A stretch of DNA of 58,517 nt, counting the filler, from Asterionella formosa (lineage: Eukaryota): the NCBI GenBank assembly GCA_002256025.1. It is 7 parts of 7 records of this genome, joined end to end, with 100 filler letters (N's around TTAATTAATTAA, not from the genome) between each part and the next. Parts side by side here need not be neighbours in the genome. Positions count along the whole stretch, not along the records: positions 8,392 to 16,673 come from NKIB01012286.1; positions 16,774 to 25,053 come from NKIB01012287.1; 5 more parts are not named here. One strand, given 5' to 3'. The translations under genes and the position numbers were made by a program. Below, in pieces: positions 12,396 to 24,299 of this stretch. The notes beneath the pieces were generated by a model. The model had not been told where the DNA came from and did no database searches. It saw only the letters and a list, made by a program, of their open reading frames with translations. How positions within the stretch are numbered: the first letter of the stretch is position 1; every line of letters begins with the position of its first letter.

Positions 12396-13395
12396 TTTTA
12401 CAATTGTTGATTGTGAGAAACATTATTTTGCCCAATAATATTAGTATAGCAACATGAGTGGATTTTGGGCTACTATTTCTCAAATTGGAGGTTTAGATCA
12501 ATGATGCAGAATAAGAAAAAAGTTACTCTATCATAATGAGAATAAATTTAGTTTTACCATTTTCAAGCAATGAGTAACATGCACTACTGGTACAGCAATT
12601 ATGGTCAAACTCAAGGAATAGTCAGGCAATGAAGGGAATTGTACACTGGTCCATGGAGTCAACTACATTGCTAAAAGTAACTACTAGACCTGTTAATCAT
12701 AGATGAATGCTTGGAGGTTCTTCAGTGTTGGGGTAAATTGAAGGACAAGCATGATGATAGAGATGATAATGGCAATGAAAGAACAACATCAATATCAACA
12801 GGGGAAAGCNNNNNNNNNNNNNNNNNNNNNNNNNNNNNNNNNNNNNNNNNNNNNNNNNNNNNNNNNNNNNNNNNNNNNNNNNNNNNNNNNNNNNNNNNNN
12901 NNNNNNNNNNNNNNNNNNNNNNNNNNNNNNNNNNNNNNNNNNNNNNNNNNNNNNNNNNNNNNNNNNNNNNNNNNNNNNNNNNNNNNNNNNNNNNNNNNNN
13001 NNNNNNNNNNNNNNNNNNNNNNNNNNNNNNNNNNNNNNNNNNNNNNNNNNNNNNNNNNNNNNNNNNNNNNNNNNNNNNNNNNNNNNNNNNNNNNNNNNNN
13101 NNNNNNNNNNNNNNNNNNNNNNNNNNNNNNNNNNNNNNNNNNNNNNNNNNNNNNNNNNNNNNNNNNNNNNNNNNNNNNNNNNNNNNNNNNNNNNNNNNNN
13201 NNNNNNNNNNNNNNNNNNNNNNNNNNNNNNNNNNNNNNNNNNNNNNNNNNNNNNNNNNNNNNNNNNNNNTTATCATCCTCAATTATCTTGATCCACAAAC
13301 TCTTCATCATCTCATCAGTTTTTGGAACGATTGAATGATTGATAGAACGACCATGAATAATAGTACTAGAGGAAGCAAAACTTCCAATCAAAATA

Positions 13396-15267
13396 ATGGC
13401 AAAGGATGATGACGACGAAACCTTGACATTACCTGTCCGCCATGACTGCAAGGTTTTTAATTTGGAGAACGACTCATCAAGCAACATCCTTTCGGAATTT
13501 GCACAAGACTTTTACGCCTCCGAGAATGTTGACGGTCTTGCGGATATATTGAGTTGTCATGACTTTGTTGACGAACCTTTTCGTTTTGCACCATCGTGTT
13601 CCATTACACTCGAGCCTTCGTCGGACATGCTGTTGTCCGCCATTTCCAATCAAGTACCAGATGCACTACCGGTAGTATTAGATGAAACAATAGCAAGAAC
13701 TGCTACCAAAATTACGTCACATTCTCGGGCATTGGCTATTTTGGCAGTGATTGTGATGCTTGGTGCAGCCGTGTTTGGTATTGTTCTATTGGAGGGTTAC
13801 GAATCAGGTCGACGACCATTTGAGTTACTGCGCCCAGTTACGTCGGCTCCGACCTATATTCCTGTCAAGCCATCCAATCTCACAGTGGGGGTATACTATT
13901 ATCCGTGGTACTATAATGACTTTCATTCGCATGGCAGCTATTTACGAAATCAATTGCAGCCACCACAATATCCCAGTCTGGGAGAATACAATGATCATGA
14001 TCCAATTATTATTGGACAACATTTGGCGTGGAGTCGTCAAGCAAATGTACAACTTTGGGTAACATCATGGTGGGGACCGAACGACCGAACAGACATTGCA
14101 ACACTCAAAATTATGAAACATCGGGATATTGGTACCAATAAGGTTGCATTGTTTTATGAATCTAGAGGGAGGATTTTGGGAGGTTCTGGGTTGAAATTAG
14201 ACAACGTTGCGTCTGATATGGACTACATCTGTACCAATTACTTTGGAAATGAAAAGTATTTTACCATTCATGATGGTCGACCTGTATTATTTGTGTACCT
14301 GACACGCAAACTGCACGAATTAGACTTGTTGGTAAATGTTATTGATTCCATGCGAATCACAGCAGCATCGCATGGTTACAATCCATACATTGTTGGTGAT
14401 CAAGTATTTGCCAGAGCTCCCATTAAACAAGAAGGATCGTACCTCCCATTCGATTACTTGGATGGAGTCACCGGATATGACGTGTTTGGTAGTATTATGA
14501 GTACCCAAACCAACCAACAGGCTAGTTCCTCCTATGCTGGCACAAACGAGGGTGTTCAGGAATACATTCAACAAAGTCAAGAATGGAAGCGATTGGCCCA
14601 ATTGCAATCTTGTACCTTCATTCCCGCAGTGACACCCGGGTACAACGATCGTGGAGGGAAATCCAAGGATGCAGACAAACATATCCCGCTAAGTCGACGC
14701 TTGACAAGAAACGAGGAGGCTGGATCACTGTTTCGAACCTTATTGGAAGAAGCCAGATATTTAGTTGATGAGGGGGCATCCAATTTGCTAATGGTAACTT
14801 CCTTCAATGAATGGCACGAAGATACTCAAATCGAACCTACTGTTATAACCGATTCCGTCACTGCTTTACCACTAGCATTGACACAAGGAGTAGAATACGA
14901 AGGTTACGGAGCATTGTATTTGAACATTTTAAGAAACATGACGGAAGACGATGATGACGATACTTTTATGATTCATTCGTCAGTGAATGCCACATCGTCT
15001 TTGATTCACCAAAATTCATCAGTAATTGGGAACTTGGCGAATGCAACATTAGGCGGGAATGCAACAAGAAGCAATAATACCATCAGTAGATTGAATGCAA
15101 CAGCTTCCAACTCAACCAATGGAGGGTTGACGACGAATGCAACACACTGGTATGAAGGATTGCGTTTGAATTCAACCATGACGGGTAGTCAAGTCCCTAA
15201 TTGGACAATTGAAGAGTTGAATGTAACAAATACAAATAGGACTGTAGTAATGAATTCAACAAATTAA
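13396..15267 (+). CDS. GH99-like (endo-alpha-mannosidase/mannanase) glycoside hydrolase, type II membrane protein
   Basis: One TM helix near aa 112-131, then VGVYYYPWY, LGEY..HD, TSWWG, RPVLFVY, PGYNDR and the catalytic TSFNEWHEDTQIEP motif. Confidence 0.85.
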   Translation: MAKDDDDETLTLPVRHDCKVFNLENDSSSNILSEFAQDFYASENVDGLADILSCHDFVDEPFRFAPSCSITLEPSSDMLLSAISNQVPDALPVVLDETIARTATKITSHSRALAILAVIVMLGAAVFGIVLLEGYESGRRPFELLRPVTSAPTYIPVKPSNLTVGVYYYPWYYNDFHSHGSYLRNQLQPPQYPSLGEYNDHDPIIIGQHLAWSRQANVQLWVTSWWGPNDRTDIATLKIMKHRDIGTNKVALFYESRGRILGGSGLKLDNVASDMDYICTNYFGNEKYFTIHDGRPVLFVYLTRKLHELDLLVNVIDSMRITAASHGYNPYIVGDQVFARAPIKQEGSYLPFDYLDGVTGYDVFGSIMSTQTNQQASSSYAGTNEGVQEYIQQSQEWKRLAQLQSCTFIPAVTPGYNDRGGKSKDADKHIPLSRRLTRNEEAGSLFRTLLEEARYLVDEGASNLLMVTSFNEWHEDTQIEPTVITDSVTALPLALTQGVEYEGYGALYLNILRNMTEDDDDDTFMIHSSVNATSSLIHQNSSVIGNLANATLGGNATRSNNTISRLNATASNSTNGGLTTNATHWYEGLRLNSTMTGSQVPNWTIEELNVTNTNRTVVMNSTN

Positions 15268-15330
15268 TATAAAGTGCACTGTAAAAACATGAAACCGCCA
15301 CTGAATTCGCCTGTTATTAAATTATTTTCC

Positions 15331-16410
15331 TCAAATATTTTCAAACAGCTCCTTCAAGTCAGTCACTTGATCCACATATGTTCTTCCCGCCTTTTGCATG
15401 GACGACAAGAGCAACTTGGCTGTCTCCTTGGATTGCTCCAGCACAGCATCAGTAATATCAGTAGGTTCTTCATCTGGTTCAAGAATATCTTGAAGCCAAT
15501 AAAGACAACCATAGCTTGTGAACAATTCCTCACCTCGCTGAAGCGCCTTGGTAGTAACCGTTGCCACTATGGGTGATGGACCAAAAGGGATATTGACACA
15601 ATTATTCCTTAGATTGGACTGTGTGTAGTATTCCAGCAAGCCCGCTTCAGAATTTTCAGTCACAATGGCACCATCATTGACTAAATGAGCCACCCATCCT
15701 GGTTGTACTGGTTGATTGGGATTTGTATCAATAAATATGGGGTATCCTTCAAAGGCTTGAGCAACGTTGACTCCCAGCAGGGGTCTAGATCCTACAATAA
15801 ATTGCATATAATTGCTTCTGCTCATAGTGTTGGAGTCGCCTTGATGATCGCTGTCGAAGTAGTTCTGGTTGACCACATCCAAAGTGACATATGGCGATGA
15901 CTCCTCCATGGCAATACCAATGCAGTGTGTTGGATACAGACCTACAATTGTTCCAATATCCATCCCTTGAGCAGCAAACAATCCCATACCGGCTCCAGGA
16001 ATGGTGGATGTCTTGACCGTCACACGTTTGGATAGATCCCGTTGAAATTCATTCCATGCAGTGAAGGATGCTTGGTAGGGCGGGGACGATGAGCCCACTT
16101 CCACAGCTGATGATGCGCTCTGAAGAGCTTGCAACTTTTCCAGAGCTGAACGCAGGGTCCCGAATGAATTATTATTATTATTATCATTGTTGCTGTTGTT
16201 GTTCGTCACTGCTGAACTATCTTGCTGATCAGAAAACAATATCCCCATTTGCCGAAAGGTCGGAGGAGACATTGCCCAACGTCGGACATGATGCGAATGT
16301 GAATGTTGGAATGAACAGACCATATTGGCAACAATACTGACGGTAATACTCAGCAGCAGGACATTACGTCGTTGCAAGACCTGTATGCTCATGCTTCGTT
16401 GACGAGACAT
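15331..16410 (-). CDS. SET-domain protein with N-terminal signal/transit peptide
   Basis: VKTSTIPGAGMGLFA, HLVND, TKALQRGEELFTSYG..YW. Hydrophobic leader ending VCS|F. Confidence 0.8.
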   Translation of the reverse strand: MSRQRSMSIQVLQRRNVLLLSITVSIVANMVCSFQHSHSHHVRRWAMSPPTFRQMGILFSDQQDSSAVTNNNSNNDNNNNNSFGTLRSALEKLQALQSASSAVEVGSSSPPYQASFTAWNEFQRDLSKRVTVKTSTIPGAGMGLFAAQGMDIGTIVGLYPTHCIGIAMEESSPYVTLDVVNQNYFDSDHQGDSNTMSRSNYMQFIVGSRPLLGVNVAQAFEGYPIFIDTNPNQPVQPGWVAHLVNDGAIVTENSEAGLLEYYTQSNLRNNCVNIPFGPSPIVATVTTKALQRGEELFTSYGCLYWLQDILEPDEEPTDITDAVLEQSKETAKLLLSSMQKAGRTYVDQVTDLKELFENI

Positions 16411-16673
16411 TGTTCCACAATGATGCGTGATGTGTGATGGTGTAATGATGAATGATGAATGATGGAGCGACGAGCGATGGTCTGTTCTACCGGTAGACGT
16501 CTATAGTACAACTATTAGGCTACCACATCGTCCATCGGCATGCTGATCTTTTTTATCATATCATGAGGAGATGGCTACTGTATCCCGGTATACCGGAAGC
16601 TAAACTACAGGCAGATGAACCCTGGCCCTGGCCTGGGACAATTCACTCGGTCCCTCGTGCTAGTAGACTACTG

Positions 16674-16773
16674 NNNNNNNNNNNNNNNNNNNNNNNNNNN
16701 NNNNNNNNNNNNNNNNNTTAATTAATTAANNNNNNNNNNNNNNNNNNNNNNNNNNNNNNNNNNNNNNNNNNNN
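16674..16773. other. Artificial scaffold linker
   Basis: N44-TTAATTAATTAA-N44. Confidence 0.97.
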
Positions 16774-17729
16774 GGACGAAGCAAATAAATGCTTACTCAT
16801 TACTTACACTATTTAATTAGCGACCTACAGGATGTACATACATTGTGCACTTGGTACCTGGCACCTTGTACACCTTATAAAGTGTTTGATTTGCGCGGTA
16901 TGGACAAGCAAACTCCTTGATATTTACGGTATTGTAATAGTAAAGTACATGATATACTTATTTATACACGAATAAAAATAAGTATTGCTGTCTTGCTTTT
17001 GTAAACATTATGATCATACAGTACAGTAATCAATCGGTACACTCTATAAACCTGGCATCAAATGCCGGTTGGTATCCGGTACTGTATAGCGGTAATTTGT
17101 GTCATTTATATACGGTATGTTAGGTACATATATAGTCTACATGCTAATATACGTAGCTACAATAACCGGTACCAGGTACATTCATCACAACAGTCTAGTA
17201 TACCGGTAGTACGAGGTACCTGGTAGTGTATCTCCTATACATACACAAGAAATGGATTTGCGTCATCTATCCTCGTCTCGTACATAGTACCTGGTACCAG
17301 GTACCAGTATTACCAGGTAGCTAACAAAGCAAGAAAAATGCATGGTCTTGGAGGAGCCCCATCACCGCACAGCGTTCAGCACTCCACTCCTTGTTGACAT
17401 TTATTATCATACCGGTACCGGTATGCACATTTATTAATGGCGCCAAGCATCATCACTGTGGAGAATCACACCACACGCCAACGATAGCGCAAAGTACGCA
17501 CAACCCCGCACCAACAAAACATTCCTTCCTATTGCTTTCTTTGTTGCTGGAGTGACATTGTCTTACTGGACATAATCATAATATCATACACGGGGGGGAC
17601 AGAGACAGCACAGTTCCTTCACATTGACAAGTTCCTTTGCTCACTTTCTCCTTCAACTGATATACTACCGATAACTGATACCATACATTGTATCAATCAA
17701 CATCACATCCATTGAACTATTCATCAATC

Positions 17730-20700
17730 ATGCCACCAAAGAAGAAGGGCAATGCCAAGGCTCCTGCCAAAAAGGTGACTCAGGAGGATGACGATTGGGA
17801 AGCTTTGCTTCTTGAAACAAACAAGGATGATTCTGCTGGTGGTGCCGACGAAACGGAAAAGACAAAAGATGATGTAGCTCCTACTTCTACTGCTGCTGCT
17901 CCCGTCGATGCGGCAGCTGCCTTTTTGGCAGCTCAAGGACTTTCTTTGGACGACAAGGAAGCAAAGAATAAGAATAAAAAGAAAAAGAAAAAGGGTGCTG
18001 GCGCTGGGGCATCAGAAGATAAAAAGGAAGAACCAAAGGTACGAAGAATTGCCGAGACAGACATGTGCGTGTATATAAAATGAGACAAAAACAAAACAAA
18101 CTCACAGTACCATTTGCCCAATAGATTTCAGCACGAGGTAAATTAGTTGCAGAAAGACTCAAGAAACAGCAAGAAGAAGAGGAACGGATTCGAAAGTTGC
18201 AAGAGGCAGAACAAGCTCGTTTGGATGAACTTCGTCGGATCGAAGAAGAGGAAGAACGGAAATTAGAAGAAGAACGAGAACGAAAGAAGCAAAAAGCCAG
18301 AGAAAAGTTGGAACGACAAAAGAAGGAAGGAACATACATGACCAAGGCTCAAAAACTAAAAGCCAAATTAACACAACAACGATTAGATGCAATGAAGGCC
18401 GCAGGAATGATTCCCACGACGACAGAAGACGAAGAAGCGCCCAAAAGGGAAAAACCAGTTTATAACAAGAAGAAGAAAGGAAAGGATCAACATCATCATG
18501 AAGAATCAACAGAGGAAGTTGTTGTTGTAGCTGAAGAAACAAAAGAACCCGTAGAGGAGGAGGAAGATGATTGGGAGAAGGACGCGGATGACGACGAGGA
18601 CGACGGTGGAAAAGAAAAAGGTGACGTTGCGGAAGAGTCCTCTGGAGACGAATGGGACGCTGATTCACAGGAGGACGACGATGGCGGGAAGTTTGATGAC
18701 CTTGCCGATCGATTGAAAAAGGTGGTAGTTGACGACGACGAAGATGTGGACCTTATTGCAGAAGAAAAGAAGAAGGAACATGAACGTCTGAAAGAATTAG
18801 GGCTCAAGATTGCGGAACGTGAACATCAGGAAGCCTTGAAACGGGCCGAGATGGAAGCCGAGCAAGACGAGCAAGATCGTCAAGTTAGGATGGCAGCTCA
18901 AAAGAAACTAGAAGGAAAGAGAAAGCGAGAAGAACAAGAAAAAGCGAATCTTGAAGCTCGAAAACGAGAAAACTTGCGTTGTCCAATTGTTGTCATCATG
19001 GGACACGTCGATACTGGTAAAACGAAGCTTCTTGATAAGATTCGAAAGACAAATGTCCAAGAAGGAGAAGCTGGAGGTATTACGCAGCAAATTGGTGCCA
19101 CCTATTTCGAGCAGTCAACCCTTCATAAACAGACGGAGAAACTTAACGAAACAGAAAAGTTTAATATTACTGTTCCGGGCATGCTCATCATTGACACACC
19201 TGGTCACGAGTCTTTTGCCAATCTACGTTCTCGTGGATCATCTCTCTGTGATGTTGCCATTCTTGTCATTGATCTCATGCACGGATTGGAGCAACAGACG
19301 ATTGAAAGTTTGAAAATGCTGCTCAAGCGTGGCGTGCCATTTGTTGTGGCCCTGAATAAGATTGATCGATGCTATGCCTGGAAAACATGTAAGGATACGC
19401 CCATCCGTGATGCTCTCAAGGAACAACCCGAAAACACCATTTCGGAGTTTAGAACCCGGGCAACGAATGCCAAAGTGGAACTTGCAGAACAAGGGGTCAA
19501 CTCCAATCTTTACTGGGAGATGGGAGATGATGACTGGGAAAACTCTGACTTTATTCCTCTTGTTCCAACATCCGCTGTTACCGGAGAAGGTGTCCAAGAT
19601 GTACTCATGTTACTTTGCCAAATGGCACAACGAAAGGTCTGGCGACAGCTCATGTGGCACGCCAATCTACAAGCGACTGTTCTTGAAGTCAAGGCTATTG
19701 ATGGTCTTGGTATGACTGTCGATGTTCTCGTTGTCAATGGAACTTTGAAAGAAGGAGATAAAGCTGTCTTTTGTACTTTGGACGGGCCTGTGGTGACAGA
19801 AATCCGGGGTCTCTTGACGCCTCCACCTTCCCGAGAAATGCGTATTAAATCGGAGTATATCCATCACAAGGAAGTTAAGGGAGCCTTAGGTGTGAAGGTG
19901 ATTGGAAACGGACTTGATAAGGTCATGGCTGGTACACCAGTAATGGTGATTGGACCCGACGATGAAGAAGAAGACATCAAGGCCGAGGTCATGTCTGATT
20001 TGTCGACACTTCAAGATAAGCTTAGTACGGATGCAAAAGGTGTCATGGTGCAAGCATCGACCCTCGGAGCTTTGGAGGCCCTCTTGCAGTTCTTGCGCGA
20101 AGATACAAAACCTCCTATCCCAGTGAGTCAGATTGGAATCGGTACTATTCATAAACGAGATGTGACCAAAATCTCGATCATGAACGAAAAAGGCTGCCCA
20201 GAGTATGCAACCATTCTTGCCTTTGATGTGCCCGTTGAGAAAGAAGCTAGAGAGCATGCGGCTCTCATGAATGTTCGCATCTTTACCGCTGACATTATTT
20301 ACCATTTATTTGATCAATTTACAAAGTTTATGGAAGAGCTCGGTGAACGCAGGCGCCAAGAGGCGGCTGAAATTGCCGTCTTTCCCTGCATTTGCAGGGT
20401 TTTGCCTCAACACATCTTCAACCAGAAGGACCCTATTATTGTTGGAATGGAGGTTGTGGAAGGGATCTTGAAGGTCGGTACGCCTCTCTGTGTCCCAGCC
20501 TTAGAGGGCTTACATATTGGTAAGGTTATGTCGATTGAAATGAATGGGAAAGAACAAGACACGGCCAAAAAGGGTGCTTCTGTCGCGGTCAAAATTGTCA
20601 ATGAGGGGAACCCTAATTTGACTTACGGTCGTCAATTCGATGCATCGCACAGTTTGTACTCTACTTTGACTCGGGCATCGATTGATGCCCTCAAAGAAAA

Positions 20701-20773
20701 TTTCAAAGACAAGCTTGACAACGAAGATTGGCGTCTTGTTGTCAAGCTCAAGAAGGTTTACAATATTCTCTAA
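17730..20773 (+). CDS. EIF5B: Eukaryotic translation initiation factor 5B, two exons (17730-18038, 18125-20773), about 985 aa
   Basis: MPPKKKG start and charged N-terminus. 86-bp phase-0 GT..AG intron at 18039-18124 with a CTCAC branch-like site restores the frame. G-domain motifs GHVDTGKT, GEAGGITQQIGAT, DTPGHESF, NKID. C-terminal DWRLVVKLKK. Confidence 0.97.
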
Positions 20774-21008
20774 GGGGGGAGGTAGATATCTAATATAAAC
20801 ATCCCAGTTCTATTGTCGTTGATTTTCCATGCACTCTCATAGTACCTCTGGACGGCTATAACATTGGCAAGTACCACTAGTACTATGTTCTCACGTCTGA
20901 TGCCCGTTACAAAGAAATTCAATTCAGACGAAGACTCACAAAGCTGGTGGTACAATATATTTCCCTTTACTAAACAAGACTATTTCTTCGTTAAAAAAAA
21001 CAAGGAAT

Positions 21009-23823
21009 TCATCGTTTTCGAATGACACTAAGACCATCTCGCATTGGCAAAATCAAAACCTCCACTCGAATATCCTTGACAATCTCACTATTAAACCGAT
21101 GCATCTTATTTGCCAATTGCCGGGCTCGTCGAGTCTTTCGGATTTCATCGTCACTTTTGATTTCTTGCTCATATTGACGTGAAACATTCATACCAGCTTC
21201 GAGAACCAATCCCTTCCACAAAACATTATCAACCACAATAAGTCCACCCTTCTTGAGTAATCGGTCCGTACTAACCAGGGCTTCAACATATTCCACCAGT
21301 CTTGTCTTGTCTGCATCAACAAAGACCATATCAAATGGTGCTGGTTGCAATTCGCCCTTTCCTTGGGCCATTTCTTCAACTGTCGCCAGGGCATCCGTGA
21401 CTTGAATCACATCACATGCCGCCGTCTTATAATGAATTGATTCCCTATTGTCATCGATTGTCGGTAAAACGCCTCCTGCAGCTCGAAGAGCACACGCTGC
21501 TTCGGCACCATGTTCTCCAGTCCCATGCTTGGTCATGATACTCAAATGAGCCATAGCCACTTGCAAGGCCCGAGAATCGCGTTCCAAACTCATCACATAC
21601 GGACCACCCCCGCGACGACTGCCCACCCCAACATAGTTGAGACAATCCCCGACATTGGACGCCCCCTCCAAAAGACACGCAGTAGCGTATCCAGTAAAGG
21701 TCCCCAATTCTAGTATTCGACCTTCTCGTGTCATTGACGCCAATTGGGTCAACCATCGTCCTTGGGCAGCACCTGACACCATGTGTGCACCCGTTGGTAA
21801 CAAAGCACGTGTATTAAATTCCATCTCGCGAAAAAAGGATGGAGGAGGTGTGGAGTGGCCGACACTGTACTCTTCCAAAGATTGAAAGACAACAGGTGGC
21901 TCATCATCATTGGTTGTTCTACTGGACGACCTCCTCTGTGCCAGCATATTTCCATTTTGAATTCGTTGGTGACACGCCTCCGAACATGTTCCCTGAAAGC
22001 TGGATTGACAGTTTTCGCATTGTATAATTCGCTTGTGACAATTAGCATTCCTGCAATTGATCACCAACGATGTTTCGGCTCCACATGTACTGCAACTTGC
22101 CAAGTCATCATCGGTCATGGGTCTACCCAATCGTCCATCAAAGACGAAGTTAGTGCCCTTGAATAGGGGTGTTTCATCTGGGGCTTGTTCCTTGAGAGTT
22201 CGATCGTAGGCAATAATCCCTCCTGCCAATCGTGCAACATTGGTGAACCCAAGTTCTTGTGTCAAGTACGCTCCTACCTTGACGCAACGAATACCACCTG
22301 TACAATAGGTCATAATGGGAGCATCCTTGGGTGTGTCTTTCAGCCGAGCCTTAAGGACATTCCAACTGTCTCGAAAACTCTCAGTTCCAAGTGGTTCGGC
22401 TCCGTCAAAAGACCCAACGTTGGTTTCAAACGAATTTCTACAGTCCAACAAAATGGGCTTAGTAGTCGAAATGTCATCAGTGCATGACCCAATGCCTTGA
22501 TTCTTGAGTTTGGCATGCCACTCGAGTGGTGGCATATCATATCCAGCTTGTTGCCAATCCAGGGCATGGTCCAAGCCATCTGCCACCACTTGAGTTCTGA
22601 CTCGAATGTGCAAGGCTGAAAAGGGAGGAGCCGGTTTTCCACGAACAGGAACCCCTGCGACGGCAAACTCCTCATTGGAAATGGGAATTGGATCCAAATT
22701 AATTCCATTTTCTATATAGTTTCCCACTTGTGGAATTGAAAGGCATGCATCTACAAAGTGTTGCACCACATTGGTTGGGACACTCATTTGTGCATTGATC
22801 CCTTCCCGGGCCACGTAGACTCTTCCCAAGGCACGAAAGGGCGTCCATACTTTTTTCAAAATTGATGCCATGTCATGGGGATCATCTAGTCCATTTGGTG
22901 GAAATGCGTAAAAGGACAACATGGTTTGGCTAGTCGAGTCTAAGNNNNNNNNNNNNNNNNNNNNNNNNNNNNNNNNNNNNNNNNNNNNNNNNNNNNNNNN
23001 NNNNNNNNNNNNNNNNNNNNNNNNNNNNNNNNNNNNNNNNNNNNNNNNNNNNNNNNNNNNNNNNNNNNNNNNNNNNNNNNNNNNNNNNNNNNNNNNNNNN
23101 NNNNNNNNNNNNNNNNNNNNNNNNNNNNNNNNNNNNNNNNNNNNNNNNNNNNNNNNNNNNNNNNNNNNNNNNNNNNNNNNNNNNNNNNNNNNNNNNNNNN
23201 NNNNNNNNNNNNNNNNNNNNNNNNNNNNNNNNNNNNNNNNNNNNNNNNNNNNNNNNNNNNNNNNNNNNNNNNNNNNNNNNNNNNNNNNNNNNNNNNNNNN
23301 NNNNNNNNNNNNNNNNNNNNNNNNNNNNNNNNNNNNNNNNNNNNNNNNNNNNNNNNNNNNNNNNNNNNNNNNNNNNNNNNNNNNNNNNNNNNNNNNNNNN
23401 NNNNNNNNNNNNNNNNNNNNNNNNNNNNNNNNNNNNNNNNNNNNNNNNNNNNNAACGCAATTCGTTTCGTAATTCTTCACAAACGGATACTTTAATGGCA
23501 TACAAAGCAGTTGCGTCGTCAGAATTATTGAAACGTTGCTTCCATTGTAAATTCTTTTCGTGAGCTTCTTGCAATACTTTGTGTCTTGCTTCTTTCTGAG
23601 CGCGAGAAATGGCGAGACGTTCTTCGACAAGGTCTTTATTGGAGGGTATCGAACTCATCGACATGGTGGTGAAGTATCGTTGAGCGACGGTTCTTCGTCT
23701 GATGGTTATCATAGGAATCAGGCCCCGTGATTGTGATGGGATGAAGGCAAGGCGCATCAACAGAAACAAAGATAGGTAGGAGGAACAAGCGCGAAGTAGG
23801 AGACCACGAAAAACTGATGACAT
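21009..23823 (-). CDS. Fusion protein: TrhO/UPF0176-type rhodanese (tRNA U34 hydroxylase family) plus class-I SAM O-methyltransferase (CCoAOMT/TrmR family), with organelle-type presequence; interrupted by N-gap 22945-23453
   Basis: TrhO motifs: LSFYAF, GRVYVAREGINAQ, LDCRNSFE..VGSF.GA, YCTGGIRC, L.GGIIAY, F.G.NFVFDGR, Cys-rich tail. In the same frame: QGRWL, RILELGTFTGYA, FDMVFVDADK, GGLIVVDNVLWKG, LPMRDGL. The N-terminal segment beyond the gap (ATG 23823) is assumed to be the same gene. Confidence 0.88.
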
Positions 23824-24299
23824 TTCGGAGCCAAGAGCAGTCTGTTGTTCCGGCCAATAAAACAAATGGGTGATGTTTTGGAGGAGCGTTGCTAGTAAAT
23901 GTGTGTCCGCTACTAGAATCCCATTTCACGAAAGGAAATATTGAATGGTTTGCTTGTCTTTTTAATGTAATCATGACGGATCGGTTGACATTTCATGATT
24001 TGATCCCACCATAGGCTGCTTTTTAGTACATGTATTGTATAGCAAGTACCACTATCTTCTACGCATATTGTTGTGTCCATTCATTTCTTTAAAATTGGGA
24101 GTACTAAGAAATGGCAGGGAAAGCAACCACGCACACCACAGACGAGCGAGCCAATGTTCGCATTTTTCACTTGCGTGCCTGTGCGTGTCTTCCTATTCGA
24201 ATACCAGGGCTGGTTGTTCGTGGTACCAGGCACCTGGTACTAGTAAATTGCAGACTACCGGTACATTCGAATACCTGTACTTGTCTACCTACCGTTAAT

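Noticed and set aside
12711..13487. Long ORFs across N-gaps (also 22921-23472 plus strand and 56354-57355)
   Set aside because: Length comes from Ns. The IILNYLDPQTL fragment is F-box-like but too short to call.
18197..23823. Functional cluster of eIF5B with the tRNA-modifying fusion gene
   Set aside because: Convergent neighbours acting in different compartments; a single adjacency in a eukaryote is not evidence.
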